Assembly: GCA_963665665.1 (NCBI GenBank)
Contig: OY762428.1
Location: 2,496,001 to 2,560,000, forward strand
DNA length: 64,000 bases
DNA from: Candidatus Kapaibacterium sp.
Lineage (GTDB): Bacteria; Bacteroidota; Ignavibacteria; Kapaibacteriales; UBA2268
Reading direction: 5' to 3'
Numbering within the stretch: the first letter of the stretch is position 1; every line of letters starts with the position of its first letter. Positions 23,612 to 34,700 of this stretch are shown here, one piece after another. The notes below the pieces were generated by a model. It was not told the origin of the DNA. It made no database searches and worked only from the letters and a program-made list of their open reading frames with translations. A program made the translations under genes and the position numbers.

Positions 23612-24115
23612 GTGGCAAAAATTAGAGCATCAGAGCTTGAACTTAATGATAAGCTAGTTTATGTCGGAAGGACCGCGAAAGTTGTAAAGGGCGGTCGCCG
23701 TTTTAATTTCTCGGCTATCGTGGTAGTAGGCGACGGGCAGGGCCATGTCGGTTACGGGCTTGGTAAAGCCGGTGAAGTTGTTGACGCGGTAACAAAAGCA
23801 ACGGAATCAGCTAAAAAGAATATTGTAAAAATCAGGCTTCAGGAAAATACCCTGCCTCATGAGGCAATAGGTAAATTCGGCGCTGCAAGAGTTATGATCA
23901 GGCCTGCTACTCCGGGTACAGGTGTGATTGCAGCCGGTGGCGTTCGTGCCATCCTTGAGCTTGCCGGGGTAAAAGACGTTCTTACCAAGAACCTTGGTTC
24001 TTCGAACCCGCACAATACAGTTAAAGCTACAATGGTCGCACTTACTTCAATGGAAGATGCAACAGCAGTAGCTGCACGCAGGGGTATCCCGATTGAGCAG
24101 GTTCTAAACGGTTGA
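23612..24115 (+). CDS. rpsE: 30S ribosomal protein S5
   Basis: KVVKGGRRF, GTGVIAAG. Confidence 0.99.
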   Translation: MAKIRASELELNDKLVYVGRTAKVVKGGRRFNFSAIVVVGDGQGHVGYGLGKAGEVVDAVTKATESAKKNIVKIRLQENTLPHEAIGKFGAARVMIRPATPGTGVIAAGGVRAILELAGVKDVLTKNLGSSNPHNTVKATMVALTSMEDATAVAARRGIPIEQVLNG

Positions 24116-24159
24116 TCACGTGAATAAAGTTCAGACTTAATAGAATAACAGGTATTAAA

Positions 24160-24345
24160 ATGAGCAAACTAAAAATAACGCAGTTACGCAGCGTGATTAA
24201 AAGAAAGAAAAAGCAAAAGCTTACTATCGAAGCCATGGGGCTGGGCCGCCCGAATAATTCCGCTGTTCTGCCGGATAATCCGCAGACAAGGGGAATGATC
24301 GAAGTGGTTAAGCACCTTGTGAAAGTAGAAGAAATTTCAGAATAA
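24160..24345 (+). CDS. rpmD: 50S ribosomal protein L30
   Basis: KITQLRSVI, RGMIEVVKHLV; position in spc operon. Confidence 0.97.
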   Translation: MSKLKITQLRSVIKRKKKQKLTIEAMGLGRPNNSAVLPDNPQTRGMIEVVKHLVKVEEISE

Positions 24346-24363
24346 TATAAAAGATCGTAACAA

Positions 24364-24822
24364 ATGAAGCATATTGGTAATCTTCAGTTTGCAGATGGGG
24401 CTAAGAAAAAAAGAAAGCGCATTGCCAGGGGCCAGGGCTCCGGCCATGGTGGGACTTCTACCAAAGGCCATAAAGGCCAGAAGTCGCGTGCGGGCGCTAC
24501 TATTCCCCGAGGGTTCGAAGGCGGACAGATGCCATTGAACCGTAGAGTGCCAAAATTTGGGTTTAACAACAGGTTCCGCGTGGAATACCATGTTGTTAAC
24601 GTGGCAAGGCTACAAGAGCTTGTTGACGACAACAAAATTCAGGATAGTGTTGATAATCAGACACTTCTTGACCTTGGTGTTGTTCGCAATGCTAATAAGC
24701 CCGTGAAAATTCTCGGTCAGGGAGACCTTACCGCTAAGTTAAATGTAACAGTTGATAAAGTATCTGAATCAGCTAAACAAAAAATTGAAGCAGCCGGAGG
24801 GACGGTAACTGTAAATGGCTAA
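24364..24822 (+). CDS. rplO: 50S ribosomal protein L15
   Basis: RGQGSGHGGT, GFEGGQMPL. Confidence 0.99.
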   Translation: MKHIGNLQFADGAKKKRKRIARGQGSGHGGTSTKGHKGQKSRAGATIPRGFEGGQMPLNRRVPKFGFNNRFRVEYHVVNVARLQELVDDNKIQDSVDNQTLLDLGVVRNANKPVKILGQGDLTAKLNVTVDKVSESAKQKIEAAGGTVTVNG

Positions 24823-26134
24823 ATTTGTGGATACGGTTCTAAATATTTTTAAAATAGACGAGCTAAGAGAGAGAATCCTTTTCACTCTCTTGGTTCTTCT
24901 TGTTGTTCGTATCGGCGCCCATATCACGCTACCGGGTATAGACGTTGTTGCTCTAAAGGCAACATCAGGCTCGGACAGCAATACATTATTCGGGCTGTTC
25001 GATATGTTTGTTGGCGGCGCGTTTTCCAATGCCGCTATTTTCGCGCTTGGAATCATGCCTTACATTACTTCTTCAATCGTATTTCAGCTTGCAGGAATTA
25101 TTATTCCTGAAATTCAGAAACTTCAGAAAGAAGGAGAAGAAGGCCGCAAGAAAATTAATAATTATACCAGGATCGGTACGGTTCTTATTTCTGCACTGCA
25201 GGGCTGGGCTGTTAGTATCAAATTGATGAGCCAGCCGGGAGTTGTTCCTGATCCGGGATTCCTTTTCTCGATAACTACTGTATCCATGCTTACTGCCGGA
25301 ACAATATTCCTTATGTGGCTTGGAGAGCAGATTACAGATAAAGGAATTGGTAACGGTATATCACTTATTATCTTTATTGGTATTATTGCAAGGCTGCCTG
25401 CCTCGCTTTACCAGGAATATCAGTTAGTTGTAGTTGGTTCGCGCCACTGGATGGTTGAACTGATAGTACTGGCATTGCTCGTGGGTATTATTGCACTGGT
25501 AATAATGATTACACAGGGCGCCAGAAGAGTTCCTGTGCAATATGCCAAGAGAGTTGTAGGAAGAAAAGTATTTGGCGGAACTACACAGTATATCCCTATC
25601 AAAGTGAATACTGCCAATGTGATGCCTATTATCTTTGCGCAGTCCTTAATGTTCATTCCGAACACGATTGCACAGTTCTTCCCCGAAAGCGATTCAGTTC
25701 GCTGGTTTGCTGAATTATTCAGCCAGCAGTCCTTTGTTTATGCAATTATTTTTGGTGGTATAATTATATTCTTTACATATTTTTATACTGCAATTATTTT
25801 CAATCCAAGGGATATTGCTGACAATATGAAAAAACAGGGCGGTTTTATTCCGGGCATCAGGCCTGGTAAAGCCACAACAGAATATATAGACGGTATTCTT
25901 ACACGCATCACATTGCCGGGATCAATATTCCTTGCAATCGTTGCAGTTCTTCCGGTATTTATCGGTAAGATTTTCTCGGTTACAACATCATTTGCATCAT
26001 TCTTTGGCGGTACAAGTTTGCTGATTATTGTGGGCGTTGCCCTTGATACTTTGCAGCAAATTGAATCATACCTGTTGATGAGGCATTATGACGGGTTTAT
26101 GAAGAGCGGTAAGATGAAAGGCCGTCACTTATAA
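24815..26134 (+). CDS. secY: Preprotein translocase subunit SecY
   Basis: LGIMPYI, WLGEQIT, GIGNGISL, FIPGIRPG; multiple hydrophobic segments. Confidence 0.99.
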   Translation: MAKFVDTVLNIFKIDELRERILFTLLVLLVVRIGAHITLPGIDVVALKATSGSDSNTLFGLFDMFVGGAFSNAAIFALGIMPYITSSIVFQLAGIIIPEIQKLQKEGEEGRKKINNYTRIGTVLISALQGWAVSIKLMSQPGVVPDPGFLFSITTVSMLTAGTIFLMWLGEQITDKGIGNGISLIIFIGIIARLPASLYQEYQLVVVGSRHWMVELIVLALLVGIIALVIMITQGARRVPVQYAKRVVGRKVFGGTTQYIPIKVNTANVMPIIFAQSLMFIPNTIAQFFPESDSVRWFAELFSQQSFVYAIIFGGIIIFFTYFYTAIIFNPRDIADNMKKQGGFIPGIRPGKATTEYIDGILTRITLPGSIFLAIVAVLPVFIGKIFSVTTSFASFFGGTSLLIIVGVALDTLQQIESYLLMRHYDGFMKSGKMKGRHL

Positions 26135-26136
26135 CT

Positions 26137-26940
26137 ATGAGTAACAAGAGAAATAAATATCCGACTTTGATAAAGACGGAAAACGAAATAGACCTTATTG
26201 AAAAATCATGCAGAATTGTTGCTGATACCCTGTCGCTTATGAAAAAATACGTTAAGCCGGGAGTCAAAACAATTGAACTTGACAAAATTGCCGAAGACTA
26301 TATCAGATCCCAGGGAGCTGTTCCGGCATTTAAAGGGTATAAGGTTGATAATAAGTTCTTTCCAAGTACATTGTGCATATCGATCAACGAGCAGGTAGTG
26401 CATGGCATACCTTCGGACCAGGAACTGGTTGAAGGAATGATCGTTTCGATCGATTGCGGAGCTGAGAAAAACGGTTACTTCGGTGACAGCGCCGTTACTT
26501 ATGCAGTAGGTGAAATATCCGAAGAAAACAAAAAGCTGATGAAAGTTACAGAAGAATCATTAATGCTCGGATTAGAGCAGGGTGTTGATGGAAACAAACT
26601 ATATGATATCTCCAGGGCTGTTCAGCAGCATGTTGAAAAAAACGGTTTTTCGGTAACCAGGGAACTGGTTGGGCACGGAATCGGAAGTCACCTTCATGAA
26701 GAGCCTCCGGTACCAAATTTTGTACCCCCGCTTCTTCACAGGGATCAATATCCAAACGTGAAATTGCACAAAGGCATGACAATGGCCATCGAGCCTATGG
26801 TTCATGCTGGTAAGAAGAATATTATCACAGGAAATGACGGCTGGACAATCATAACTGCTGACCGGAAACCGGCGGCACACTTTGAACATACGATTGTAAT
26901 TGACAAAAATAAACCAATAATATTAACTTTAAGAGATTAA
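26137..26940 (+). CDS. map: Methionine aminopeptidase type I
   Basis: VVHGIP, IDCG..GDSA, GHGIG..LHEEP, AIEPM, AHFEHT. Confidence 0.97.
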   Translation: MSNKRNKYPTLIKTENEIDLIEKSCRIVADTLSLMKKYVKPGVKTIELDKIAEDYIRSQGAVPAFKGYKVDNKFFPSTLCISINEQVVHGIPSDQELVEGMIVSIDCGAEKNGYFGDSAVTYAVGEISEENKKLMKVTEESLMLGLEQGVDGNKLYDISRAVQQHVEKNGFSVTRELVGHGIGSHLHEEPPVPNFVPPLLHRDQYPNVKLHKGMTMAIEPMVHAGKKNIITGNDGWTIITADRKPAAHFEHTIVIDKNKPIILTLRD

Positions 26941-26951
26941 ATAAAGGTATT

Positions 26952-27170
26952 ATGTCAAAACAAGAACAAATCAGATTAGACGGTATTGTAGAAGAAACAC
27001 TGCCAAACACCCAGTTTATCGTGAAATTCGAGAACGGACACACGGTGCTGGCACATATTTCCGGGAAAATGAGGATGAATTTTATCAAAATTCTCCAGGG
27101 TGATAAAGTTACCGTTGAACTTTCACCTTATGATTTGTCAAAAGGCCGGATTGTATACAGATATAAATAA
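26952..27170 (+). CDS. infA: Translation initiation factor IF-1
   Basis: [19 protein letters not shown]. Confidence 0.99.
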   Translation: MSKQEQIRLDGIVEETLPNTQFIVKFENGHTVLAHISGKMRMNFIKILQGDKVTVELSPYDLSKGRIVYRYK

Positions 27171-27198
27171 TTACTAATTTTTTCTTACGGGGAAAAAA

Positions 27199-27315
27199 AT
27201 GAAAGTTCAGGCATCAGTAAAGAAAAGAACAGCAGACGACAAGATCGTTAAAAGAAAAGGTCGTATTTACATAATAAACAAGAAAAACCCTAAAATGAAA
27301 CAGAGGCAGGGATAA
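27199..27315 (+). CDS. rpmJ: 50S ribosomal protein L36 (cysteine-free form; absent from ORF track)
   Basis: Read by hand: [38 protein letters not shown]. Confidence 0.97.
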   Translation: MKVQASVKKRTADDKIVKRKGRIYIINKKNPKMKQRQG

Positions 27316-27388
27316 AGTTTTCCTTTGCCAAACGGGTTTAGAAAAGAAAGTTAATTAAAGAATTACATAATAAATCAGGTGGACTAAA

Positions 27389-27766
27389 GTGGCACGTATT
27401 GCAGGTATAGACCTTCCTAAAAATAAACGTGGAATAATAGGCCTGACGTATATTTTCGGGATTGGAAGAACTACATCCCGGGAGATACTCAGCAGAGCCG
27501 GCATCGATGAATCAAAGAGGGTAAACCAGTGGACAGACGACGAAGTGGCAGCTATTCGCCAGATCGTTGATGAATATAAAACAGAGGGCCAGTTAAGAAC
27601 CGAAGTTCAGATGAATATCAAACGTCTTATGGATGTAGGATGTTATCGTGGCCTGAGACACAGGAGAGGCCTTCCGGCTCACGGGCAGAGAACAAGAACA
27701 AACGCCCGCACAAGAAAAGGCCGTAAGAAAACTGTTGCCGGCAAGAAAAAAGCTATTAAAAAATAA
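27389..27766 (+). CDS. rpsM: 30S ribosomal protein S13
   Basis: [30 protein letters not shown]. Confidence 0.99.
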   Translation: MARIAGIDLPKNKRGIIGLTYIFGIGRTTSREILSRAGIDESKRVNQWTDDEVAAIRQIVDEYKTEGQLRTEVQMNIKRLMDVGCYRGLRHRRGLPAHGQRTRTNARTRKGRKKTVAGKKKAIKK

Positions 27767-27838
27767 GCTTTGCTTGCAGAATTTACTTAATAAGATTTTT
27801 AGCTTTTATTACGAACATATTTATCAAGGTAAAAAGCT

Positions 27839-28219
27839 GTGGCAAAAAAGAGACAAAAAAAGAGAGTTATTGCTGACATACATGGTAAAGCATTTATCCG
27901 TGCAACCTTCAACAATGTGATGGTAACAATTACTGATATGTACGGCAATGCGCTTTGCTGGTCCTCAGCAGGCAGGAATGGTTTCAGGGGTTCCAAGAAA
28001 AACACTCCCTACGCATCACAGGTATCTGCTGAAAAAGCAGCAAAAGAAGCTTACGATATGGGCCTCAGGAAAGTTGATGTTGTTGTGAAAGGCCCGGGTT
28101 CCGGACGTGAAGCAGCAATCAGGGCTTTAACCCAGGCCGGACTTGAAGTGCACAGTATCGTGGATAAAACACCTATTCCTCATAATGGCTGCAGGCCTCC
28201 GAAGAGAAGAAGGGTGTAA
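27839..28219 (+). CDS. rpsK: 30S ribosomal protein S11
   Basis: [25 protein letters not shown]. Confidence 0.99.
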   Translation: MAKKRQKKRVIADIHGKAFIRATFNNVMVTITDMYGNALCWSSAGRNGFRGSKKNTPYASQVSAEKAAKEAYDMGLRKVDVVVKGPGSGREAAIRALTQAGLEVHSIVDKTPIPHNGCRPPKRRRV

Positions 28220-28312
28220 TTACCTGGCACGTTTTTGGCCTTAGGGCTGTTATCAAATTAACCCGGACGGGTGTAGTTAAGCAGATTTTTTCAAAAAATT
28301 GCTGTAAGAGAT

Positions 28313-29323
28313 ATGAATACACAAATGCAGATGCCAGACAGGGTTCAGATTGAAGAATCTTCTTCGGACTTTCATGGAAAATTTATTCTTCAGCCACTGG
28401 AACAGGGCTATGGAGTAACTATTGGTAATGCACTTCGCAGAGTGCTTCTTTCGTCAATACCCGGATCGGCTATTGTCGGTTTGAAAATTACTGATGTTCT
28501 ACATGAATTCCAGACTATTCAGGGCGTTATTGAAGATGTTTCCGAAATTATCTTAAACCTGAAAGAAGTCAGAATTAAAAATCTGGATAAGAAAAACCAG
28601 AGAGTTTTATTGCACCTGAAAGGTCCGAAAGAATGGACTGCAAAAGAAATTCAGGATGCAGCCGAGAGCCTGGAGATTCTGGATCCTGATCACCACATAG
28701 CAACTTTGGCCGAAGACGCTGAATTTGACGTGGAATTAAGAATTGGCAGGGGCAAGGGATATATCCCGGCCGAAGAGCAGCAAATAGTAGATTACCCGAT
28801 CGGGATGCTGCCGATAGATGCCATTTACACACCGATTAAAAATGTTATATACACCGTTGAGCCTTATCGTGTTGGGCAGAGAACCGATTACGAAAGGCTT
28901 ATCCTTGATGTAAGAACCGACGGTACTATTTCAGCTCAGGAAGCTGTTCACCATGCCGCGAAGATTTTAAACGACCATATTAAATTCTTCATAAACTTCG
29001 ATGAATTCGAAGAAGAACAGCAGCAACAGGAATTAGTGGAAGAAGAAGTAAAACTTGCAGAAAGAAAAAGGCTGCAGAAGATACTGCTTACACCTGTTGA
29101 TGAGCTTGAACTTTCCGTTCGTGCACATAACTGCCTTAAGGCAGCAAGCATCAAGAACCTTGCCGAGCTTGTTCAGCTTCAGGAATCAGAACTCCTGAAA
29201 TTCCGTAACTTCGGAAGAAAATCACTTGCTGAGCTCTCGGATGTAGTTCAAAACTTTGGCCTCGAATTCGGTATGAGCGTAGAGCAATACCTGAAGGATG
29301 ACAAGGCCGGCGGCATGGAATAA
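28313..29323 (+). CDS. rpoA: DNA-directed RNA polymerase subunit alpha
   Basis: GNALRRVLLSS, LSVRAHNCL, RNFGRKS. Confidence 0.99.
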   Translation: MNTQMQMPDRVQIEESSSDFHGKFILQPLEQGYGVTIGNALRRVLLSSIPGSAIVGLKITDVLHEFQTIQGVIEDVSEIILNLKEVRIKNLDKKNQRVLLHLKGPKEWTAKEIQDAAESLEILDPDHHIATLAEDAEFDVELRIGRGKGYIPAEEQQIVDYPIGMLPIDAIYTPIKNVIYTVEPYRVGQRTDYERLILDVRTDGTISAQEAVHHAAKILNDHIKFFINFDEFEEEQQQQELVEEEVKLAERKRLQKILLTPVDELELSVRAHNCLKAASIKNLAELVQLQESELLKFRNFGRKSLAELSDVVQNFGLEFGMSVEQYLKDDKAGGME

Positions 29324-29367
29324 AAATAAAAGAGTTAACGAAAATAAAATATTTCAGGTAAAAAGAA

Positions 29368-30027
29368 ATGAGACACAGAAAAAGCGGTAGAAAGCTAAAA
29401 CGTACAAGCAGCCACAAGAAGGCTCTTATGCGCAATTTGGCCACGGCTTTATTTGAGCATAAAAAAATCGAAACTACTGAAGCCAAGGCTAAGGAACTCA
29501 GGCCCTACGCTGAAAGACTTATTACAAAAGCAAAAAAAGCTCTTGCAAGGGAACAGCAGGGACTACTTCCAGAAGGTCAGAAAATTGACATCCACAATCG
29601 CAGGATCGTTGCCAAACATATTAAAACTAAAGCCGTACTCGAAGAATTATTCGATGCTATTGCCCCCGTTGTTGAAAACAGGGCTGGCGGCTATACAAGA
29701 ATAGTTAAAACAGGTTTCCGCAGGGGAGACGCCGGCAGAACTGCAATTATTGAATTAGTTGACTGGTCGGCACCCGTTGACGGAGCCACCGGTTCGAAGA
29801 AAAAGAAATCAACTCCTAAAAAAGCTGCAAAACCTAAAGTAGAAGAGGTTGTTGAGCCTAAAGAAGAAGTTGTTGAAGAAGTAGTAGAAGAAACTCCGGT
29901 TGACGAAGTTGCTACTGAAGAAGCTCCGGCAGAAGTAGTAGAAGAAACTCCGGCAGAAGAAGCAAAAGATGAAGCTCCTGCTGAAGATAAAGCCGAGGGC
30001 GAAGAAGAAGAAAAAAAAGCTGAATAA
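29368..30027 (+). CDS. rplQ: 50S ribosomal protein L17 with long Lys- then Glu-rich tail
   Basis: MRHRK, GGYTRI, RRGD; about 80-aa low-complexity C-terminus. Confidence 0.98.
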   Translation: MRHRKSGRKLKRTSSHKKALMRNLATALFEHKKIETTEAKAKELRPYAERLITKAKKALAREQQGLLPEGQKIDIHNRRIVAKHIKTKAVLEELFDAIAPVVENRAGGYTRIVKTGFRRGDAGRTAIIELVDWSAPVDGATGSKKKKSTPKKAAKPKVEEVVEPKEEVVEEVVEETPVDEVATEEAPAEVVEETPAEEAKDEAPAEDKAEGEEEEKKAE

Positions 30028-30049
30028 TATTTAGCAAAAGAATAGATTT

Positions 30050-30075
30050 AAGGCGGCAGATTGCCGCCTTTTTTT
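30050..30075 (+). terminator. Rho-independent terminator of the alpha operon
   Basis: AAGGCGGCA-gat-TGCCGCCTT plus T tract. Confidence 0.9.
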
Positions 30076-30115
30076 ATTATTTTTGGATTAAGTATTCACT
30101 AACAGGTTTGAACTT

Positions 30116-30808
30116 ATGAATGAAAAACTGATCCTGAAAGCGGAAAAAATTTATAAATCATATAAAACCGGTGATAAACGTGATGTTCCGGTGCTGAAGG
30201 GAATTGATATAGAGATTTTCTCTGGTGATTTTAAAACTGTCATGGGGCCTTCCGGAGCAGGAAAAAGTACACTGCTACATTTACTTGGGCTGATAGATAA
30301 CCCTGACAAAGGAAAAATTTCAATTTTAAACGATAACGAATTCATAGACTATGATAACGTCAGCTCGAAGCGTGCCTCTATGATCAGAAACAGAAAGATT
30401 GGCTTTATATTTCAGTATTTCCAGCTTTTGCCTGAATTTACCGCACTGGAAAATGTGGCTATTCCGGGCATGATTAGTGGGAAATCTATTAAGGAGCTCA
30501 GGCCTGATGGAATGGAACTTCTTAATATGGTAGGAATGGCAGACCGCGCAGAACATAAACCTGCCGAACTTTCCGGAGGTGAGCAGCAAAGAGTTGCAAT
30601 CGCAAGGGCTTTGATAAACAAACCAATGATTGTATTTGCCGACGAGCCAACAGGAAGCCTTGATGCGGCAAACTCTGAGTCGGTTCTGGAATTAATTTCC
30701 ACATTAAGAAAAGATCTTAAGCTGACTTTTCTGGTAGCTACACATAATAAGGATGTTGCAGAAATAGCTGAAAATACCTTATATATCAGGGACGGGAAAT
30801 TTGATTAA
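30116..30808 (+). CDS. ABC transporter ATP-binding protein, LolD-like
   Basis: Walker A GPSGAGKS, signature LSGGEQQRV, Walker B FADEPTG, H-loop VATH; no adjacent permease. Confidence 0.9.
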   Translation: MNEKLILKAEKIYKSYKTGDKRDVPVLKGIDIEIFSGDFKTVMGPSGAGKSTLLHLLGLIDNPDKGKISILNDNEFIDYDNVSSKRASMIRNRKIGFIFQYFQLLPEFTALENVAIPGMISGKSIKELRPDGMELLNMVGMADRAEHKPAELSGGEQQRVAIARALINKPMIVFADEPTGSLDAANSESVLELISTLRKDLKLTFLVATHNKDVAEIAENTLYIRDGKFD

Positions 30809-31367
30809 GTTTTGATTCCGGTAAAAATCTTTTAGGAACAGTGTATTTGATAATGATTTGAAATACGAACGCTACCAGCAGGCCGAAAATGGCTCCTGCA
30901 AGAATATCACCCGGATAGTGAACGCCACAGTATGTCCTGCTGAATGCAATCATTGCGGCAAGTATCCAGAAAATCCATTGCCTTTTGGGATAGAAAAAAG
31001 CAAGCAAGGCTGCCATAGTAAAACTGTTCGATGAATGAGAAGAGGGAAATGAAAACCCCGGCCCGCAACTTATCAGCAATCTTACATCAGCAAGTTCCCG
31101 GCAGGGCCGCAGGCGTTCGAAAATTTCTTTAAGAACAGAACTGCTTAAATAATCGTTTAGCCCGACAGCAACAATTACTGCTAAAACAGCAATTCTTCCT
31201 TTTGCACCACCCTTCCACAGGCCAAGAATGATAAAAATAATATATACGGGAACCCAGTGCTTAAAATTAGTTATAAACGGCATAATAATATCGAATACAG
31301 GATTGGCCAGTGTCTGGTTAAAAAAGTAAAATATCTGTAAATCTATATTGAGAAAAAGCTCTTGCAT
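30786..31367 (-). CDS. PAP2-family membrane phosphatase
   Basis: KEIFERLRP, SFPSSH, SRTYCGVHYPGD; hydrophobic segments. Confidence 0.93.
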   Translation of the reverse strand: MQELFLNIDLQIFYFFNQTLANPVFDIIMPFITNFKHWVPVYIIFIILGLWKGGAKGRIAVLAVIVAVGLNDYLSSSVLKEIFERLRPCRELADVRLLISCGPGFSFPSSHSSNSFTMAALLAFFYPKRQWIFWILAAMIAFSRTYCGVHYPGDILAGAIFGLLVAFVFQIIIKYTVPKRFLPESKLNQISRP

Positions 31368-31454
31368 GTGGAAAACTATTGAATTTTGAACAAAATAAAT
31401 TGTAAGTACATGTATAGTAATGTTGATATTTAAATATTAATTATTTATTAATAA

Positions 31455-31475
31455 TTTTCCACAAGATGTGGAAAA
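31455..31475. promoter_or_regulatory. Palindromic operator upstream of nrdJ (inverted DnaA-box pair and/or NrdR box)
   Basis: TTTTCCACA-AGA-TGTGGAAAA; each arm fits TTWTNCACA and the centre CAAGATGTGG resembles an NrdR box. Confidence 0.5.
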
Positions 31476-31720
31476 GAATGCAAATGATTTCGCCCTATTT
31501 TTTCGTAATTTTCGTGTTACAAAATAGCTGCATTTTAAAATATACGAGGCTGAAAAAACGTTTTATATTGACAGCATAAAATACTTTTTAGGAAGAAAAT
31601 AATAACATGAAACTGTCAAAAATACAATCGTCAGGGAAAAATACCCTCCTAATATTTCAGCAGCAAAAATATTTTCAAGATAGTAAAAAATATGTTACTA
31701 AATAAATAATTGAGGTAGAA

Positions 31721-34700
31721 ATGAAATTTACGCGGCGTTTCACCAGGGATGGCATCAGCCCTTATGATATGTTCGAATATAAGAAGAGGACCTCAGTACT
31801 CAGGAATACAGACGGCTCGGTTGTTTTCGAAATGGAAGATATTGAAGTACCCGTGCAGTGGTCACAGGTATCCACTGATATTCTCGCACAGAAATATTTT
31901 CGTAAAACAGGAGTACCACAGTTTGATGAAAATGGCGATGAACTTTTTGATGACGAAGGGAACAGGATTCTCGGAGCAGAAAATTCAATCAAACAGGTAG
32001 CACATCGTTTGGCAGGTACATGGCGTGACTGGGCTGAAAGATACGCGTACTTTGATACAGAGGATGATGCAAAGATATTTTATGATGAAACTGTTTACAT
32101 GATCATGAAACAGTATGCCGCACCAAATTCTCCTCAGTGGTTTAATACCGGCCTTGCAAATATATATGATATCAGGGGCCGTAAGCAGGGACACTTTTAT
32201 GTTGATCCCGACACAAAAAAACTTAATAAATCTCAGGATGCTTATACAAGGCCACAGCCTCATGCCTGCTTTATTCAGTCGATAGAAGACGACCTGGTAG
32301 GTGATGGTGGTATTTTTGACCTTGCCGCGAGGGAAGCAAGAATATTTAAATTCGGTTCCGGTTCCGGAACGAATTTCTCAAATATCAGGGCTGCCGGCGA
32401 AAAACTTTCCGGGGGGGGAGTTAGTTCCGGACTTATGAGTTTCCTTAAAATTTTCGACCGCGCAGCCGGCGCGATAAAATCCGGTGGAACAACAAGGCGT
32501 GCAGCAAAAATGGTGGTTATAAATATTGATCACCCGGACGTGGAAGAGTTCATTGAGTGGAAAGCCCGGGAAGAAGAAAAAGTTGCGGCTCTTGTTACTG
32601 GTTCCAGGATTAACAAAGCATTCCTTAGCGCTATAATGGATGAAGCGCTCGCCAACGGTACTAACCGGGCTGAAAACTCAACCCTGAATAATCTGATAGT
32701 GAAAGCTACTGACAGGGGTATGCCGATATCTATTATCGACAGGGTATTGAACCTTGTTGGGCAGGGATTCACCGACCTCAATTTTGAAGAATTCGATACC
32801 CACTACGAGGGTGAAGGATATAACACTGTCAGCGGTCAGAATTCAAATAATTCGGTAAGAATAAGCAATGATTTTATTAAAGCTGTTGAAGAAGATGCTG
32901 ATTGGGAATTGAAATGGAGAACTTCTGATCAGCCTGCCAAAGTTGTACGGGCACGTGATCTCTGGAATAAGATTAATATGAGCGCATGGAAGAGTGCCGA
33001 TCCCGGTGTTCAGTTTGATACTACTATTAACGAATGGCATACATGCCCCAATTCCGGCAGGATCAATGCAAGTAACCCCTGCAGCGAGTACATGTTCCTG
33101 GATAATACAGCATGCAACCTTGCCAGCCTTAACCTGATGAAATTTCTTGATGAGAAAAACTATGAGTTCCTTGTTGACGATTTTCGTCATGCCGTAAGGA
33201 TATGGACGGTAATACTGGAAACATCAGTACTAATGGCTCAGTTCCCGTCAAAAGTAATGGCGCAGCTTAGCTATGATTTTCGTACACTCGGGCTGGGATA
33301 TGCCAATCTTGGCAGTTTGCTTATGGTAAACGGCATTCCTTACGATTCTCCGGAAGCTTTGGCGTGGACAGGTGCCATTACCGCAATAATGACAGGCACA
33401 TCTTATGAAACATCAGCAGAGCTGGCAAAGGAACTTGGAACATTTGCCAAGTATGAGATGAATAAAGATGATATGCTCCGGGTTATCAGGAATCACCGAA
33501 AAGCTGCTTATAATGCTCCTGCAGCGGAGTACGAGGGACTAACCGTTCGCCCCATGGGTATTGATCCGCGTTTTGCTCCTCTTTATATGGTTGATGCCGC
33601 GAGGGAAAGCTGGGACAAGGCCCTTGAACTTGGAGAACAGCACGGCTTCAGGAATGCACAGGTAACTGTTCTGGCTCCAACCGGAACTATCGGCCTTGTG
33701 ATGGATTGCGATACTACCGGAATCGAGCCCGACTTTGCAGTTGTGAAGTATAAAAAACTTGCCGGCGGGGGATATTTTAAAATTGTTAACCAGTCAGTTC
33801 AGAAAGCTTTGGTTAAACTTGGATATTCTGATAAACAAATTGATGAAATCGAAAAATATAGTAAGGGACACGGAACTCTTATCGGTTGTCCTGCAATTAA
33901 TCAGAAAACGTTGAGTGAAAAGGGATTTGGTACAGAGAAAATAGATATTATTGAGAAACAGCTTGATAATGTTTTCGATATCAGGTTTGCTTTTAATAAA
34001 TGGCAGCTTGGCGAAGAATTTTGCAGGCAGCTTGGTTTTACCCAGGAGCAGATAGACGATCCTTCATTTGATATGCTTTCTGCTCTCGGATTTTCCGAAT
34101 CCGAAATAGATAAAGCTAATGATTTTATTTGTGGTACAATGATGCTGGAAGGCGCTCCTAATCTTAAAGATGAGCATCTGTCTATTTTTGATACTGCGAA
34201 TAAATGCGGTAAAAAAGGCCAAAGGTATATCGAGCACATGGGGCATGTCAGGATTATGGCTGCTGCTCAGCCCTTTATTTCCGGAGCTATCTCTAAAACA
34301 GTTAACATGACTGCCGAGGCAAGCGTTGATGATATCGGCGATGTTTATATGCAGTCATGGAAATATATGCTCAAGGCTATTGCTCTGTACAGGGATGGTT
34401 CAAAACTCTCGCAGCCGCTTAATACAAAATCATTCGACGAGCTTGATGAAGTTGTTATGCTTGGTGACAGAGAGACTCTTGATGAAACTCTCGGAGCTAA
34501 GGAACTTCAGGAAAGAATACAGGAAAAACTACAGAAACCTATCAGGAAAAAATTACCCGGCAAACGTCACGGACATATCCGCGAGGCTTCAGTTGGCGGA
34601 CACAAAGTTTACCTTCGTACCGGCGAGTATGAAGATGGCGCTCTTGGCGAGATTTTTATTGATATGTACAAGGAAGGTGCTTCATTCAGGGGGCTGCTGA

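Noticed and set aside
29800-30027. GAA-rich quasi-repeats
   Set aside because: They encode the Glu-rich tail of L17 and are not an independent repeat element.
30786-30808. 23-bp convergent overlap of the ABC ATPase and PAP2 genes
   Set aside because: Short 3' overlaps are common; nothing suggests a function.
31368-31720. Cobalamin riboswitch or replication origin upstream of nrdJ
   Set aside because: No B12-box or structured GC-rich leader is visible; three DnaA-like boxes without dnaA context or clear DnaA-trios are not enough to call oriC.
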